Assembly: GCA_977017575.1 (NCBI GenBank)
Contig: CDRNVI010000080.1
Location: 1 to 64,000 of the forward strand
DNA: 64,000 nt
DNA from: Paramoeba atlantica
Lineage: Eukaryota > Protista > Discosea
Reading direction: 5' to 3'
This document shows, in pieces, positions 40,501 to 53,881 of this stretch. The position numbers and the translations under genes are program-made. The number at the start of each line of letters is the position of its first letter. Within the stretch, counting starts at the first letter, position 1. Below the pieces are notes generated by a model. The model was not told where the DNA came from, did not search any database, and saw only the letters and a list, made by a program, of their open reading frames with translations.

Positions 40501-43429
40501 CGCAGCACGCAGCGGTCCGCCAAAGTGGATTTATGCACTCGTGAGTGTGCGCTCCGAATGTTGATGGATTTGCGTTGCGCGATCCGAGACAACGCACACG
40601 CGAATCGCCGCGATTGAAGTCGTGAAGTCACAAAACTTTGATATGCCTTTTTCTGAGAACCGAAAGCTGAGACCACGCGCAGCACGCAGCGGTGCGCCAA
40701 ATAAGATTTATGCACTCGTGAGTGCGCGCTCGGAATGTTGATGGATTTGCGTTGCGCGATCCGAGACAACGCACTCGCAAATCGCCGCGATTGAAGTCGT
40801 GAAGTCACAAAATTTTGATATGCCTTTTTCTGAGAACCGAAAGCTGAGACCACGCGCAGCACGCAGCGGTCCGCCAAAGTGGATTTATGCACTCGTGATT
40901 GAGCGCTCCGAATGTTTATGGATTTGCGTTGCGCGATCCGAGGCACCGCACACGCAAATCGCCTCGATTGAAGTCGTGAAGTCACAAAACTTTGATATGC
41001 CTTTTTCTGAAAACCGAAAGCTGAGACCACGCGAAGCACGTAGCGGTGCGCCAAATAAGATTTATGCACTCGTGATTGCGCGCTCCGAATGTTGATGGAT
41101 TTGCGTTGCGCGATCCGAGACAACGCACACGCGAATCGCCGCGATTGAAGTCGTGAAGTCACAAAACTTTGATATGCCTTTTTCTGAAAACCAAAAACTG
41201 AGACCACGCGCAGCAGCAGCGGTGCGCCAAAGTGGATTTATGCACTCGTGAGTGCGCGCTCGGAATGTTGATGGATTTGCGTTGCGCGATCCGAGACAAC
41301 GCACTCGCAAATCGCCGCGATTGAAGTCGTGAAGTCACAAAATTTTGATATGCCTTTTTCTGAGAACCGAAAGCTGAGACCACGCGCAGCACGCAGCGGT
41401 CCGCCAAAGTGGATTTATGCACTCGTGAGTGTGCGCTCCGAATGTTGATGGATTTGCGTTGCGCGATCCGAGACAACGCACACGCGAATCGCCGCGATTG
41501 AAGTCGTGAAGTCACAAAACTTTGATATGCCTTTTTCTGAGAACCGAAAGCTGAGACCACGCGCAGCACGCAGCGGTGCGCCAAATAAGATTTATGCACT
41601 CGTGAGTGCGCGCTCGGAATGTTGATGGATTTGCGTTGCGCGATCCGAGACAACGCACTCGCAAATCGCCGCGATTGAAGTCGTGAAGTCACAAAATTTT
41701 GATATGCCTTTTTCTGAGAACCGAAAGCTGAGACCACGCGCAGCACGCAGCGGTCCGCCAAAGTGGATTTATGCACTCGTGATTGAGCGCTCCGAATGTT
41801 TATGGATTTGCGTTGCGCGATCCGAGGCACCGCACACGCAAATCGCCTCGATTGAAGTCGTGAAGTCACAAAACTTTGATATGCCTTTTTCTGAAAACCA
41901 AAAGCTGAGACCACGCGCAGCACGTAGCGGTGCGCCAAAGTGGATTTATGCACTCGTGAGTGTGCGCTCCGAGTGTTGATGGATTTGCGTTGCGCGATCC
42001 GAGACAACGCACACGCGAATCGCCGCGATTGAAGTCGTGAAGTCACAAAATTTTGATATGCCTTTTTCTGAGAACCGAAAGCTGAGACCACGCGCAGCAC
42101 GCAGCGGTCCGCCAAAGTGGATTTATGCACTCGTGATTGAGCGCTCCGAATGTTTATGGATTTGCGTTGCGCGATCCGAGGCACCGCACACGCAAATCGC
42201 CTCGATTGAAGTCGTGAAGTCACAAAACTTTGATATGCCTTTTTCTGAAAACCGAAAGCTGAGACCACGCGCAGCACGTAGCGGTGCGCCAAAGTGGATT
42301 TATGCACTCGTGATTGCGCGCTCCGAATGTTGATGGATTTGCGTTGCGCGATCCGAGACAACGCACACGCGAATCGCCGCGATTGAAGTCATGAAGTCAC
42401 AAAACTTTGATATGCCTTCTTCTGAAAACCGAAAGCTGAGACCACGCGCAGCACGCAGCGGTGCGCCAAAGTGGATTTATGCACTCTTGAGTGTGCGCTG
42501 CGAATGTTGATGGATTTGCGTTGCGCGATCCGAGACAACGCACTCGCAAATCGCCGCGATTGAAGTCGTGAAGTCACAAAATTTTGATATGCCTTTTTCT
42601 GAGAACCGAAAGCTGAGACCACGCGCAGCACGCAGCGGTGCGCCAAAGTGGATTTATGCACTATTGAGTGCGCGCTCCGAATGTTGATGGATTTGCGTTG
42701 CGCGATCCGAGGCACCGCACACGCAAATCGCCGCGATTGAAGTCATGAAGTCGCAAAACTTTGATATGCCTTCTTCTGAAAACCGAAAGCTGAGACCACG
42801 CGCAGCACGTAGCGGTGCGCCAAATAAGATTTATGCACTCGTGATTGCGCGCTCCGAATGTTGATGGATTTGCGTTGCGCGATCCGAGACAACGCACACG
42901 CGAATCGCCGCGATTGAAGTCATGAAGTCGCAAAACTTTGATATGCCTTTTTCTGAGAACCGAAAGCTGAGACCACGCGCAGCACGCAGCGGTCCGCCAA
43001 AGTGGATTTATGCACTCGTGATTGAGCGCTCCGAATGTTTATGGATTTGCGTTGCGCGATCCGAGGCACCGCACACGCAAATCGCCGCGATTGAAGTCGT
43101 GAAGTCACAAAACTTTGATATGCCTTTTTCTGAAAACCGAAAGCTGAGACCACGCGAAGCACGTAGCGGTGCGCCAAATAAGATTTATGCACTCGTGATT
43201 GCGCGCTCCGAATGTTGATGGATTTGCGTTGCGCGATCCGAGACAACGCACACGCGAATCGCCGCGATTGAAGTCATGAAGTCGCAAAACTTTGATATGC
43301 CTTTTTCTGAGAACCGAAAGCTGAGACCACGCGCAGCACGCAGCGGTCCGCCAAAGTGGATTTATGCACTCGTGAGTGTGCGCTCCGAATGTTGATGGAT
43401 TTGCGTTGCGCGATCCGAGGCACCGCACA
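37533..43429. repeat. 177-bp satellite array, ~33 units with higher-order variant patterns
   Basis: Marker variants recur at 354, 531 and ~885 bp. Confidence 0.97.
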
Positions 43430-44472
43430 ACAACAACAACAACAACAAATACACTGAGTCCTTTTTAGTGGACCAGTTAGGGGCTCTCGAGTAGGTACTT
43501 ATAGTGTCGATACATCTCGACTTCTTCGTATGACACACTGGACTTCACAAAGCAGAAAGAATATACAAAATAGTAAAACACTTAAACTTTTGTGTGTACC
43601 TGTTGTGTAACTTGTTGTGTGTACCTGTACCTTGTTGCTTGTTGTTGTTGATCTTTTCAGTCAATTTCCCCCATGCACCCCTTCACCCCTGGGGAAATTA
43701 AGTCCCCCTTCCGCCTCCCACTTCACCCCTAGCGCCGCCCCCTTCGCCGTCCCCTCCACCCTGCTCCGTCGCCCCCCCGCGACCTGTTTCGCCCCCCCTC
43801 TTGGGGAGGGAGCTTGAGCTACCCCATGCGCCGCCGCCGCCGCGCTCCCCGCCGCGCTCCCGCCGCGCCACCATTTCCGCCCCGTTTTCGCCGCCTTCTT
43901 TCGTCACCGCTTCGCCGGCCCTTTCTCCGTCCCCCCAGTCGCCATTCCCCTCCCCGGCCCATTGTGTGGAGCTACCCGGTGTCAGCAAAACAAGGCGCCA
44001 AGAAACTAGGGTAGTCTCCATATGCAAAAATTTAAATTGTGAAGGGCACTGGTCGAGCTCCACTGTGAGCCCCGCTGGTGAGAGAGCCTCGCAAGCTCCA
44101 CACACCCTAGCGTGAGTCATCCCTGGTGGTGGAACAGAATATAACGACTGTTCCACTACTTCTTTGCCCCAGGATGCGAATCCATCGGGCATTGAAGTCA
44201 CGGATGACAAGTCAGACCATGCAACCTGACAGGTATTGCTTGTCTATCTGCGAGTGCGGCATCCCACTGGGAAAGTCTGCGCGCGACTGACAGCGTACCA
44301 CCCACGGAGTACGGTAATACCCGGTGCCGTTTCACACGAGCACTAAATAACTAGGGTGTACTCTGAACCCATAGCCAGTCATGGCCAAACGGGTTAAACA
44401 ACAACAACAACAACAACTTAAACTTTTCAATAAATCCGACGTGGCGGAACGTACGTCGGGTTCATCAAAATA

Positions 44473-44649
44473 TGCTCAACCAGGATTAAATGCTCAACCA
44501 GGATCAAATGCTCAACCAGGATTAAATGCTCAACCAGGATCAAATGCTCAACCAGGATTAAATGCTCAACCAGGATTAAATACTCAACCAGGATCAAATG
44601 CTCAACCAGGATTAAATGCTCAACCAGGATCAAATGCTCAAGCCAGGAT
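44473..44649 (+). repeat. 18-bp minisatellite TGCTCAACCAGGAT(T/C)AAA x~9-10
   Basis: Translates as alternating [12 protein letters not shown]. Confidence 0.92.
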
Positions 44650-44727
44650 GAAAACCTCGACCAGGATTATATATGCTCAACCAGTAATAATTAGGATTCC
44701 GGAACAACAAAATTGTACACATGCAGG

Positions 44728-45064
44728 TTTTTTTTTTTTTTTTTTGCAATTAATGAGGGGGGAGAAGTATGAATCGCGGCATTGCCTCTATATTTTAACC
44801 CAGTAGACGAACCAAGTAGGTCCATTGGGGGGTATACGAGTTGAAAACAAGCAATCAAATTAGCAATTTTATCTCAGTTTTTTTTTTTTTTTTTTTGGTG
44901 AGCCCAAAACTAGCAAATGTAAAGCATGTATGAAAAGCATGTATAGCCCAACCAAAACTAGCAAATGTAAAGCATGTATAAAAGCATGTAAAGCCCAACC
45001 AAACCGAGCAAACCCAAACCAAGCAAACCCGAAACGAGGGTTTTTTTTTTTTTTTTTTTTTTTT
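44728..45064 (-). mobile_element. Short family-A-type 3' end fragment with poly(A)
   Basis: Conserved CCCCAATGGACCTACTTGGTTCGTCTACTGGGT...TTAATTGC-poly(A) terminus. Confidence 0.75.
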
Positions 45065-46046
45065 GCCGCAATCTGACTTCCTAATATCCACCTCGAAAAC
45101 ACCAGCAACTACGTTAACCCATACCTATTCCGATATACGCTCATGATGCGCTTAGGAATTGGCTTGCCTAAGGCACCGGCCAAAGTAACATGCCCCGGCT
45201 GTTCTAATCAAGAATCACCCTCCACCATTATTCCCCACGTTGCTGGATGCTCCCGATGCTCCGGGATGAACTCCACACGCAAACATTCACATATCGTCCG
45301 GTATCTCTCAGAGTTGTGCTCAAAAGCAGGCCTTCCTAGCGTGATCGAACCCCGCATCTACTCCTCGTATCATTGCACTAAATGTAAGTGCACTATCTCA
45401 GCAGATGTCGCCGCGCAACATCCTTGCAAAGCACGCCGTATTCGTTCAGGTCCAGATCTGGCCATCATGTGGCCTCACATGGGTGAGGTACTCTACGACT
45501 TCACAATAGTACATACGTGCTGCTCAAGCTACGCAAAACACACCAGCTCTGCCCTTATGCAGCAGGTCTCCGACAGAAAATATAAGAAATACGTTACTGA
45601 GAAGGGTGTCGATAGCGATTCGTTTAAGTGTCTGGCTGCAACAGATTGCGGCCTTCTACATGACGATACTAAGGCGTTGCTGAAGGCTCTCTCACAAAGA
45701 GCGAAACTTAAATATGAAAGCGTGCGCAATGCTTTCCAGCTCGAAATCGAAAAAATGTCAGCGTACACGGTAGTGTCGCAGCTCCGAGACTACATTCCAG
45801 CAGAGAAGTGGATGAGTGAATTGCGCCTATAAGATATATTTAAAGTCTCTTTAAAGTAAAATTTGTAATCTAAATTTACGGGTATTTGAGAAAACCCAAA
45901 TTCTTAACATATGACGGCAGCTCGTACACGTTCGACTATATGAAGATATTGTTATATAAAACCGAAAGACCATAACATTCCCTTTTCAATAGTAGCCTGA
46001 GATCACCAACTCAGGGAAATTCTAATAGAATAAAAAAAAAAAAAAA
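45065..46046 (+). pseudogene. 5'-truncated family-B element (Zn knuckle + RLE, ORF 45143-45832) with poly(A)
   Basis: YVNPYLFRYTLMMRLGI...SGPDLAIMWP...EKWMSELRL parallels 9.3-11.8 kb; A-tract at 46031-46046. Confidence 0.9.
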
Positions 46047-46264
46047 TACCTTCAATTTACGTTAGATTATTGAGGAGTTGGTGGTTTCATTTCCTGGAAC
46101 GCTTATTTTCAGGAGTGTTATATCAAGACCTTTGTTTTTTTTTTGAAAACTGCTACCGATTTAATGTCACTAACAAATATTGTTAATTGATTTTATTTTG
46201 AATTGGGGGGGGATCGCAGTCGGATAAGACGTTCGCATAAATAGTATATTGTCGGAAGACAGCT

Positions 46265-49200
46265 TCAGTATAGTCTGAAAATCAAGAAGACATTCAATTC
46301 TCTCACTGTAGATTCCTTTTTTATTTGCGGGTTTCGACCAAATTTGGGTGTAAAATGAGATTTTTCATTGAAATCTTGCCCGATGCCACGTTTGTTAGCT
46401 CGTTGTGAAAGCACGTCATCTCGATTTGGACGTTTTCCTATTGTGCTACATGGATATTTCACTTTATCAGCTTTCTTAGGTTCCTTTATAATAGTCCACG
46501 TTTTGAAATTTAGCCGAGGGGCTGTTATGTATTTGCCTGCTGGCCCTTAGGGGCACATAGTTTCTTCGAATTATGATTTGTATTCCGAATTTTACATGGG
46601 CTGGGTATTTACTATTATCTTATATATCCTTGTTAGGTTGTTATTTTTTTTAGGGCAGGTTGGCCGAGGGTTCCGGTGGGGGGGAATCCCGTTAACAACG
46701 TGACACATGATTATTTGTTTTATGCAGGCTTTCTTTTGAACTATGTTTGTGCATGTGAATTCTATCTATATATCGTATTATGTGTTCTTTGATTTTGGGA
46801 CGATTTGGAAGTGTGATTATATTAGTCATAGGTATTTGCTTATATTTGTTTGTTACTTATACGTTTCATGGAGCCCCCTCGGCGTGGATTTCGGAGCACT
46901 AATGTACATCTTTGACTGTTTGCTCTTCCTACCTTGGATTTACTCATATTACTTACTTCTTGAGTTGGATTTCTTTTCCTAGCAATTTTATTGTTCTTAG
47001 ATTTCGGTATGTTTTGTCTGAAACAGAAGGATGATAATGAAACGTCTTGTCTTTCAGCTGCTTGCTTTGCAAGCCAATCAGCCATTTCGTTGTACTGGTT
47101 GCCGCAATGAGCTTTAACTTTAACAACGTATATAGAATTCGTTTCTTCAATCTTACGGAGCTTTGCATCGATAACACGAAGGAGGGAAGGGTTTTCAGCA
47201 TTTTGGTATCCCGTTAATCTAAACTGGTGTCTTAACTTATGAACAAAATCCCAGACATAAGCAGAATCAGTATGAATAACAACAGTGCGCGTTAAGCCAG
47301 ATGCCTGATCAAGTCCTTCACAAAGGGCATACATCTCTGAGTTGGAAGAGGTTCGTTCTATCTCCTCCGGAAGCCTTAAACCTAAATTTGTAGTTGGAAG
47401 CTGATGCCCCAGTGCTAATATGCCGCACCCGCATTGCATTTTCCCTTGTTTTCTTATGAGACAACCGTCAGTATACAGGTGAACTTCGTTGCGATTCAAT
47501 GGGAAAACATTGGGTCCTTCCTCAAGAAATTGAAGGTTCTCGTATGTTGTATCCTTAGAGGTTCTCTTATACTCATTCATCCATTTCGTTGATCCGAATG
47601 TTGTTACACCGTGATTGGGTTCAAGACGTTTACGAAGTTGCCCGATAAGTGACGACCAATGACTTCTATCTTGGGCTTGTACGAATACCTCGCTTACGAG
47701 AAGATTCAAGTCCCTTGCGCATTGTTCAATAGTAGTGGGGAATTTGCTTTCCTCATTATGTCTCCACATAGAAGCATGTGTATAGAGACATGAATGACGA
47801 ACCAGATGACCAACCAATTGTGCTCTCTTAATTCTCGATGTCGTGCTGACTCTGTCGTCACCTTGGTATAGAGAATACAAACGTGTGCCCTTCTTGCCAT
47901 CCCATGAACTTACCCCACAAACCCATCTTCTCATTCGATGAACCTGTGTATCTAAATGCTTGGTTTCTTTATCCGTGAGTGTCCAAGTTCCAGCACTATA
48001 GACCAACACAGGCATTACCAATGTTTTGAAAACTATTAGCTTTGAACTTATGGGCAGTGGGGAGTTCCAGATTCCTTGCAGCTTGTTCATTGCATACCAT
48101 GCTGCCCTTACACGTTCTAGAGCAGGTTTACCTCTTTTGCCCTCTTCGTAAACATTTCCTAGATACCGGTATTGTTTTACTCGTGGAATTTCGCCAATGC
48201 TTGTTACAATTAAAGGGCCATTCGAATCAGGAACTCGCCCAAATGTCATCCATGCTGTTTTTGATGGTCCCACAGAAACTCTAAGGTTAGCTTTCCCGGC
48301 ACAAGAAACCAAGCTTTCAATCATTTTCGAGAGTTCTTGTTTTGACTCTGCAAAAAGGGCAATGTCGTCGGCATAATTGGTATCCGATACACGAATGCGT
48401 TCTTTGCCTCGACTTCTGGTTCCCCGGCTTTGTGTAATCAATCCAAATTGTTTGTTATCTATTGCTGCACACAAAATACGGTCCAGCACCATGACAAAAA
48501 TCGTGGGGGCAAGTACGTCGCCTTGAAGTGTACCATTTCGAACTCGAAAGCTTTCTGTATCCCCGTATGGGGTGCGCACAAAAGATTTTAAGTCACAATA
48601 TAATGCCAAAATTAGCTTTTTGAGGTTCTCAGGTATGTGAAATGCTGATAAGGCTGCTCGAATAGCGCTGTGTGATACGGAAGGAAAGGCTTGTTTGAAA
48701 TCTACAAAACCAACGGCCACACCTCCGGATCCTCGAGATGCCTTTTGAGTTATCTCTTGAAAAATTGCTTGGGCACCTGAGGTTGAGTGATTCGGCCGAA
48801 AGCCAAACTGGTTGGGTCGTAGCATTTCTTCTAATGCAGGTTGAATTCTTTCCAAGGCCATGCGATTCATAACCTTTACAATATGATTGACTAAGCAAAT
48901 AGGTCTCCACTGTAACAAATCGTTGGTGTTTCCCTTTTTAGGCACTGGCACTTGCAGAACAGTCCTCCACGTATCATCTGTAATTCCCGTTTCCTGGATC
49001 TCATTGATAATGTTTAGAAGTGTAGTGGACAGTTCTGCATCTTTCGATAGGGCCTTGTAGGCTTCAACTGGTATGTCGTCACTTCCTGCTGCTTTTCCAT
49101 TATGCATGTTTGACAAAGCTCCATACAATTCTTCAATGGTGAAAGGATCATCGTTTATAGGAACAGTGGGTTTCAATGCATCGATAAACTTCACTACTTC

Positions 49201-50505
49201 ATCCTCCTCGGTGGAAGAATGCCCAATTTTACTGAAATGGTCATAAATTTTTTCGAGACATTGTCGCTCATTATTTCCGAAGAATCCTATCTTAGCTCTA
49301 TTGTCTCCGATTATTTTCCGAATTTTTCGAAATGCTGCTCCAGATCTCTTGCGCAGGTCATCAGCAGGATTGGCACACTCTGTTTCAATAACTTCTTCAA
49401 TTTGCGCCGTATGCTCAATGGAGGCTTTTTCAAATAAATTCCGATTTCTCGAGAGTTTGACAACTTTTTCAAGATCATTTTCGTTATCACTGTATTCCTC
49501 CGGTCTTACTTTAGAAATATCACGCTTCTGTTCTTCGTTTAACGTCAGGTTTTTACACATCTTTGGTAAACTTTTGGATGATGTCTTGATTGCTGACTCC
49601 ATTCGTTTCCATATTGAGACAGTCATGTTGCCGTCTCGTTGTCGCTTCTGTGGAGCATGGAGCACTTCTTTTATGCTTTTGATGAAAACATCTTGAGTCT
49701 TTTCATCCCTCAGTGAACCCCAATACGGTCTCGGTGGGGTCGGAAGTGATGCACGCTTCCATTTTATTCGAAAACCAACCCAGTTAAGGCAGTGTGGAGT
49801 TGGAATGGGTGGCAACAGTACTCTATTTTCACCCATGGAAGAAGCAAATCGCGTGTTGACAACGATGTGGTCCAATTGCTTTTTTGCTCCATTTGGAAAT
49901 GTGTACGTCCACTGCCGTTTAGGCCAACAGCACATGTGTGCTGAACGTGCTTCGAGTGTGCTAAGAAAGAGTTTAAAAGATTTCGTTCGATCAGTGTGCT
50001 CGGTTCCGCGAAAAGGCTTCTGCAGCGGGGAATTAAAGTCTCCACAAATGATTTTAAGGCCATGGTTACTTTTTTGCCACGAGTCAAATAAATTGGCGTT
50101 AAATTCATCCTGCTTGTCTTTATCCGATGCTGCAGTTGGGGAATATATATTAAAAATGCACGTTTGCAATTTACCAATTTTCAAACTACCAGATATAATT
50201 CTGTCACTAACTTTTTCGACTGTAAGCGGCATTTTGCTCAGGAACGCCATACCATTGTATCCTTTGGAAGCGCTCATCAAATAAATATGAATGTTTTCCC
50301 CCGCAATGTGCACACAGTGTCGTAAAATATCTTGCCCACCATTAAAAGTCAATCGCGTCTCCTGCAATGCAACAACGGAAATATTATAGTAGTTCATCAT
50401 AAGTACAATTTGCGATATACGAAACGATTTACGTAAAGCCCAATGTGTCGCATGCCGAAGCTTCAATGTATCAACATTCAAAGTACCTACTCGAAAGCCC
50501 CCTCT
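46265..50505 (-). pseudogene. LINE2 APE-RT-RNase H ORF (5' truncated, interrupted at 46489-46892)
   Basis: TLNV, LQET, GDFN, LDHI; QFGFR, QGDVLAP, YADD; YTDG, HTDS, KVKAHCG..NE.AD. Confidence 0.92.
46489..46892 (+). mobile_element. Solo A-B unit inserted without TSD into the LINE2 ORF
   Basis: TAATAG...GGATTTC. Removal restores the minus-strand frame LVL|LKEPKKADKVKYP to the stop at 46265. Confidence 0.88.
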
Positions 50506-53500
50506 CGAGGCACCGCACACGCGAATCGCCGCGATTGAAGTCGTGAAGTCACAAAACTTTGATATGCCTTCTTCTGAAAACCGAAAGCTGAGACCACGCG
50601 CAGCACGTAGCGGTGCGCCAAAGTGGATTTATGCACTCGTGAGTGTGCGCTCCGAGTGTTGATGGATTTGCGTTGCGCGATCCGAGACAACGCACACGCG
50701 AATCGCCGCGATTGAAGTCGTGAAGTCACAAAACTTTGATATGCCTTTTTCTGAGAACCGAAAGCTGAGACCACGCGCAGCACGCAGCGGTGCGCCAAAG
50801 TGGATTTATGCACTATTGAGTGCGCGCTCCGAATGTTGATGGATTTGCGTTGCGCGATCCGAGGCACCGCACACGCAAATCGCCGCGATTGAAGTCATGA
50901 AGTCGCAAAACTTTGATATGCCTTTTTCTGAGAACCGAAAGCTGAGACCACGCGCAGCACGCAGCGGTGCGCCAAATAAGATTTATGCACTCGTGAGTGC
51001 GCGCTCGGAATGTTGATGGATTTGCGTTGCGCGATCCGAGACAACGCACTCGCAAATCGCCGCGATTGAAGTCGTGAAGTCGCAAAACTTTGATATGCCT
51101 TTTTCTGAGAACCGAAAGCTGAGACCACGCGCAGCACGCAGCGGTCCGCCAAAGTGGATTTATGCACTCGTGATTGAGCGCTCCGAATGTTTATGGATTT
51201 GCGTTGCGCGATCCGAGGCACCGCACACGCAAATCGCCTCGATTGAAGTCGTGAAGTCACAAAACTTTGATATGCCTTTTTCTGAAAACCAAAAACTGAG
51301 ACCACGCGCAGCAGCAGCGGTGCGCCAAAGTGGATTTATGCACTCGTGATTGCGCGCTCCGAATGTTGATGGATTTGCGTTGCGCGATCCGAGGCACCGC
51401 ACACGCAAATCGCCTCGATTGAAGTCATGAAGTCGCAAAACTTTGATATGCCTTTTTCTGAGAACCGAAAGCTGAGACCACGCGCAGCACGCAGCGGTGC
51501 GCCAAATAAGATTTATGCACTCGTGAGTGCGCGCTCGGAATGTTGATGGATTTGCGTTGCGCGATCCGAGACAACGCACACGCGAATCGCCGCGATTGAA
51601 GTCATGAAGTCACAAAACTTTGATATGCCTTCTTCTGAAAACCGAAAGCTGAGACCACGCGCAGCACGTAGCGGTGCGCCAAAGTGGATTTATGCACTCG
51701 TGAGTGTGCGCTCCGAGTGTTGATGGATTTGCGTTGCGCGATCCGAGACAACGCACACGCGAATCGCCGCGATTGAAGTCGTGAAGTCACAAAACTTTGA
51801 TATGCCTTTTTCTGAGAACCGAAAGCTGAGACCACGCGCAGCACGCAGCGGTGCGCCAAAGTGGATTTATGCACTATTGAGTGCGCGCTCCGAATGTTGA
51901 TGGATTTGCGTTGCGCGATCCGAGGCACCGCACACGCAAATCGCCGCGATTGAAGTCATGAAGTCGCAAAACTTTGATATGCCTTTTTCTGAGAACCGAA
52001 AGCTGAGACCACGCGCAGCACGCAGCGGTGCGCCAAATAAGATTTATGCACTCGTGAGTGCGCGCTCGGAATGTTGATGGATTTGCGTTGCGCGATCCGA
52101 GACAACGCACTCGCGAATCGCCGCGATTGAAGTCGTGAAGTCACAAAATTTTGATATGCCTTTTTCTGAGAACCGAAAGCTGAGACCACGCGCAGCACGC
52201 AGCGGTGCGCCAAAGTGGATTTATGCACTATTGAGTGCGCGCTCCGAATGTTGATGGATTTGCGTTGCGCGATCCGAGGCACCGCACACGCAAATCGCCG
52301 CGATTGAAGTCATGAAGTCGCAAAACTTTGATATGCCTTTTTCTGAGAACCGAAAGCTGAGACCACGCGCAGCACGCAGCGGTGCGCCAAATAAGATTTA
52401 TGCACTCGTGAGTGCGCGCTCGGAATGTTGATGGATTTGCGTTGCGCGATCCGAGACAACGCACTCGCGAATCGCCGCGATTGAAGTCGTGAAGTCACAA
52501 AATTTTGATATGCCTTTTTCTGAAAACCGAAAGCTGAGACCACGCGAAGCACGTAGCGGTGCGCCAAATAAGATTTATGCACTCGTGATTGCGCGCTCCG
52601 AATGTTGATGGATTTGCGTTGCGCGATCCGAGACAACGCACACGCGAATCGCCGCGATTGAAGTCATGAAGTCGCAAAACTTTGATATGCCTTTTTCTGA
52701 GAACCGAAAGCTGAGACCACGCGCAGCACGCAGCGGTGCGCCAAATAAGATTTATGCACTCGTGAGTGCGCGCTCGGAATGTTGATGGATTTGCGTTGCG
52801 CGATCCGAGACAACGCACACGCGAATCGCCGCGATTGAAGTCATGAAGTCGCAAAACTTTGATATGCCTTTTTCTGAGAACCGAAAGCTGAGACCACGCG
52901 CAGCACGCAGCGGTCCGCCAAAGTGGATTTATGCACTCGTGAGTGTGCGCTCCGAATGTTGATGGATTTGCGTTGCGCGATCCGAGGCACCGCACACGCG
53001 AATCGCCGCGATTGAAGTCGTGAAGTCACAAAACTTTGATATGCCTTCTTCTGAAAACCGAAAGCTGAGACCACGCGCAGCACGTAGCGGTGCGCCAAAG
53101 TGGATTTATGCACTCGTGAGTGTGCGCTCCGAGTGTTGATGGATTTGCGTTGCGCGATCCGAGACAACGCACACGCGAATCGCCGCGATTGAAGTCGTGA
53201 AGTCACAAAACTTTGATATGCCTTTTTCTGAGAACCGAAAGCTGAGACCACGCGCAGCACGCAGCGGTGCGCCAAAGTGGATTTATGCACTATTGAGTGC
53301 GCGCTCCGAATGTTGATGGATTTGCGTTGCGCGATCCGAGGCACCGCACACGCAAATCGCCGCGATTGAAGTCATGAAGTCGCAAAACTTTGATATGCCT
53401 TTTTCTGAGAACCGAAAGCTGAGACCACGCGCAGCACGCAGCGGTGCGCCAAATAAGATTTATGCACTCGTGAGTGCGCGCTCGGAATGTTGATGGATTT

Positions 53501-53881
53501 GCGTTGCGCGATCCGAGACAACGCACTCGCAAATCGCCGCGATTGAAGTCGTGAAGTCACAAAATTTTGATATGCCTTTTTCTGAAAACCGAAAGCTGAG
53601 ACCACGCGAAGCACGTAGCGGTGCGCCAAATAAGATTTATGCACTCGTGATTGCGCGCTCCGAATGTTGATGGATTTGCGTTGCGCGATCCGAGACAACG
53701 CACACGCGAATCGCCGCGATTGAAGTCATGAAGTCGCAAAACTTTGATATGCCTTTTTCTGAGAACCGAAAGCTGAGACCACGCGCAGCACGCAGCGGTC
53801 CGCCAAAGTGGATTTATGCACTCGTGAGTGTGCGCTCCGAATGTTGATGGATTTGCGTTGCGCGATCCGAGGCACCGCACA
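50506..53881. repeat. 177-bp satellite array, ~19 units
   Basis: Same unit; 354-bp dimer pattern. Confidence 0.97.

Larger units (their letters stand above)
43430..50505 (-). mobile_element. 5'-truncated Ingi-like LINE (LINE2) with long 3' region, (TTG)n tail and 14-bp TSD in the satellite; carries nested inserts
   Basis: TSD CGAGGCACCGCACA at 43416-43429 and 50506-50519; CAA repeats at 43430-43448. Confidence 0.85.

Noticed and set aside
37354-43428. Long ORFs (up to 608 aa) with 59-aa repeats, also at 12.6-13.3, 50.5-53.9 and 60.9-64 kb
   Set aside because: By-product of a 177-bp (3x59) unit lacking stops in some frames; frames switch at indels and ORFs occur on both strands.
43698-44210. 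170-aa Gly-rich ORF and overlapping Pro-rich ORFs (duplicate at 54150-54662)
   Set aside because: Driven by a C-rich low-complexity tract; no recognisable domain.
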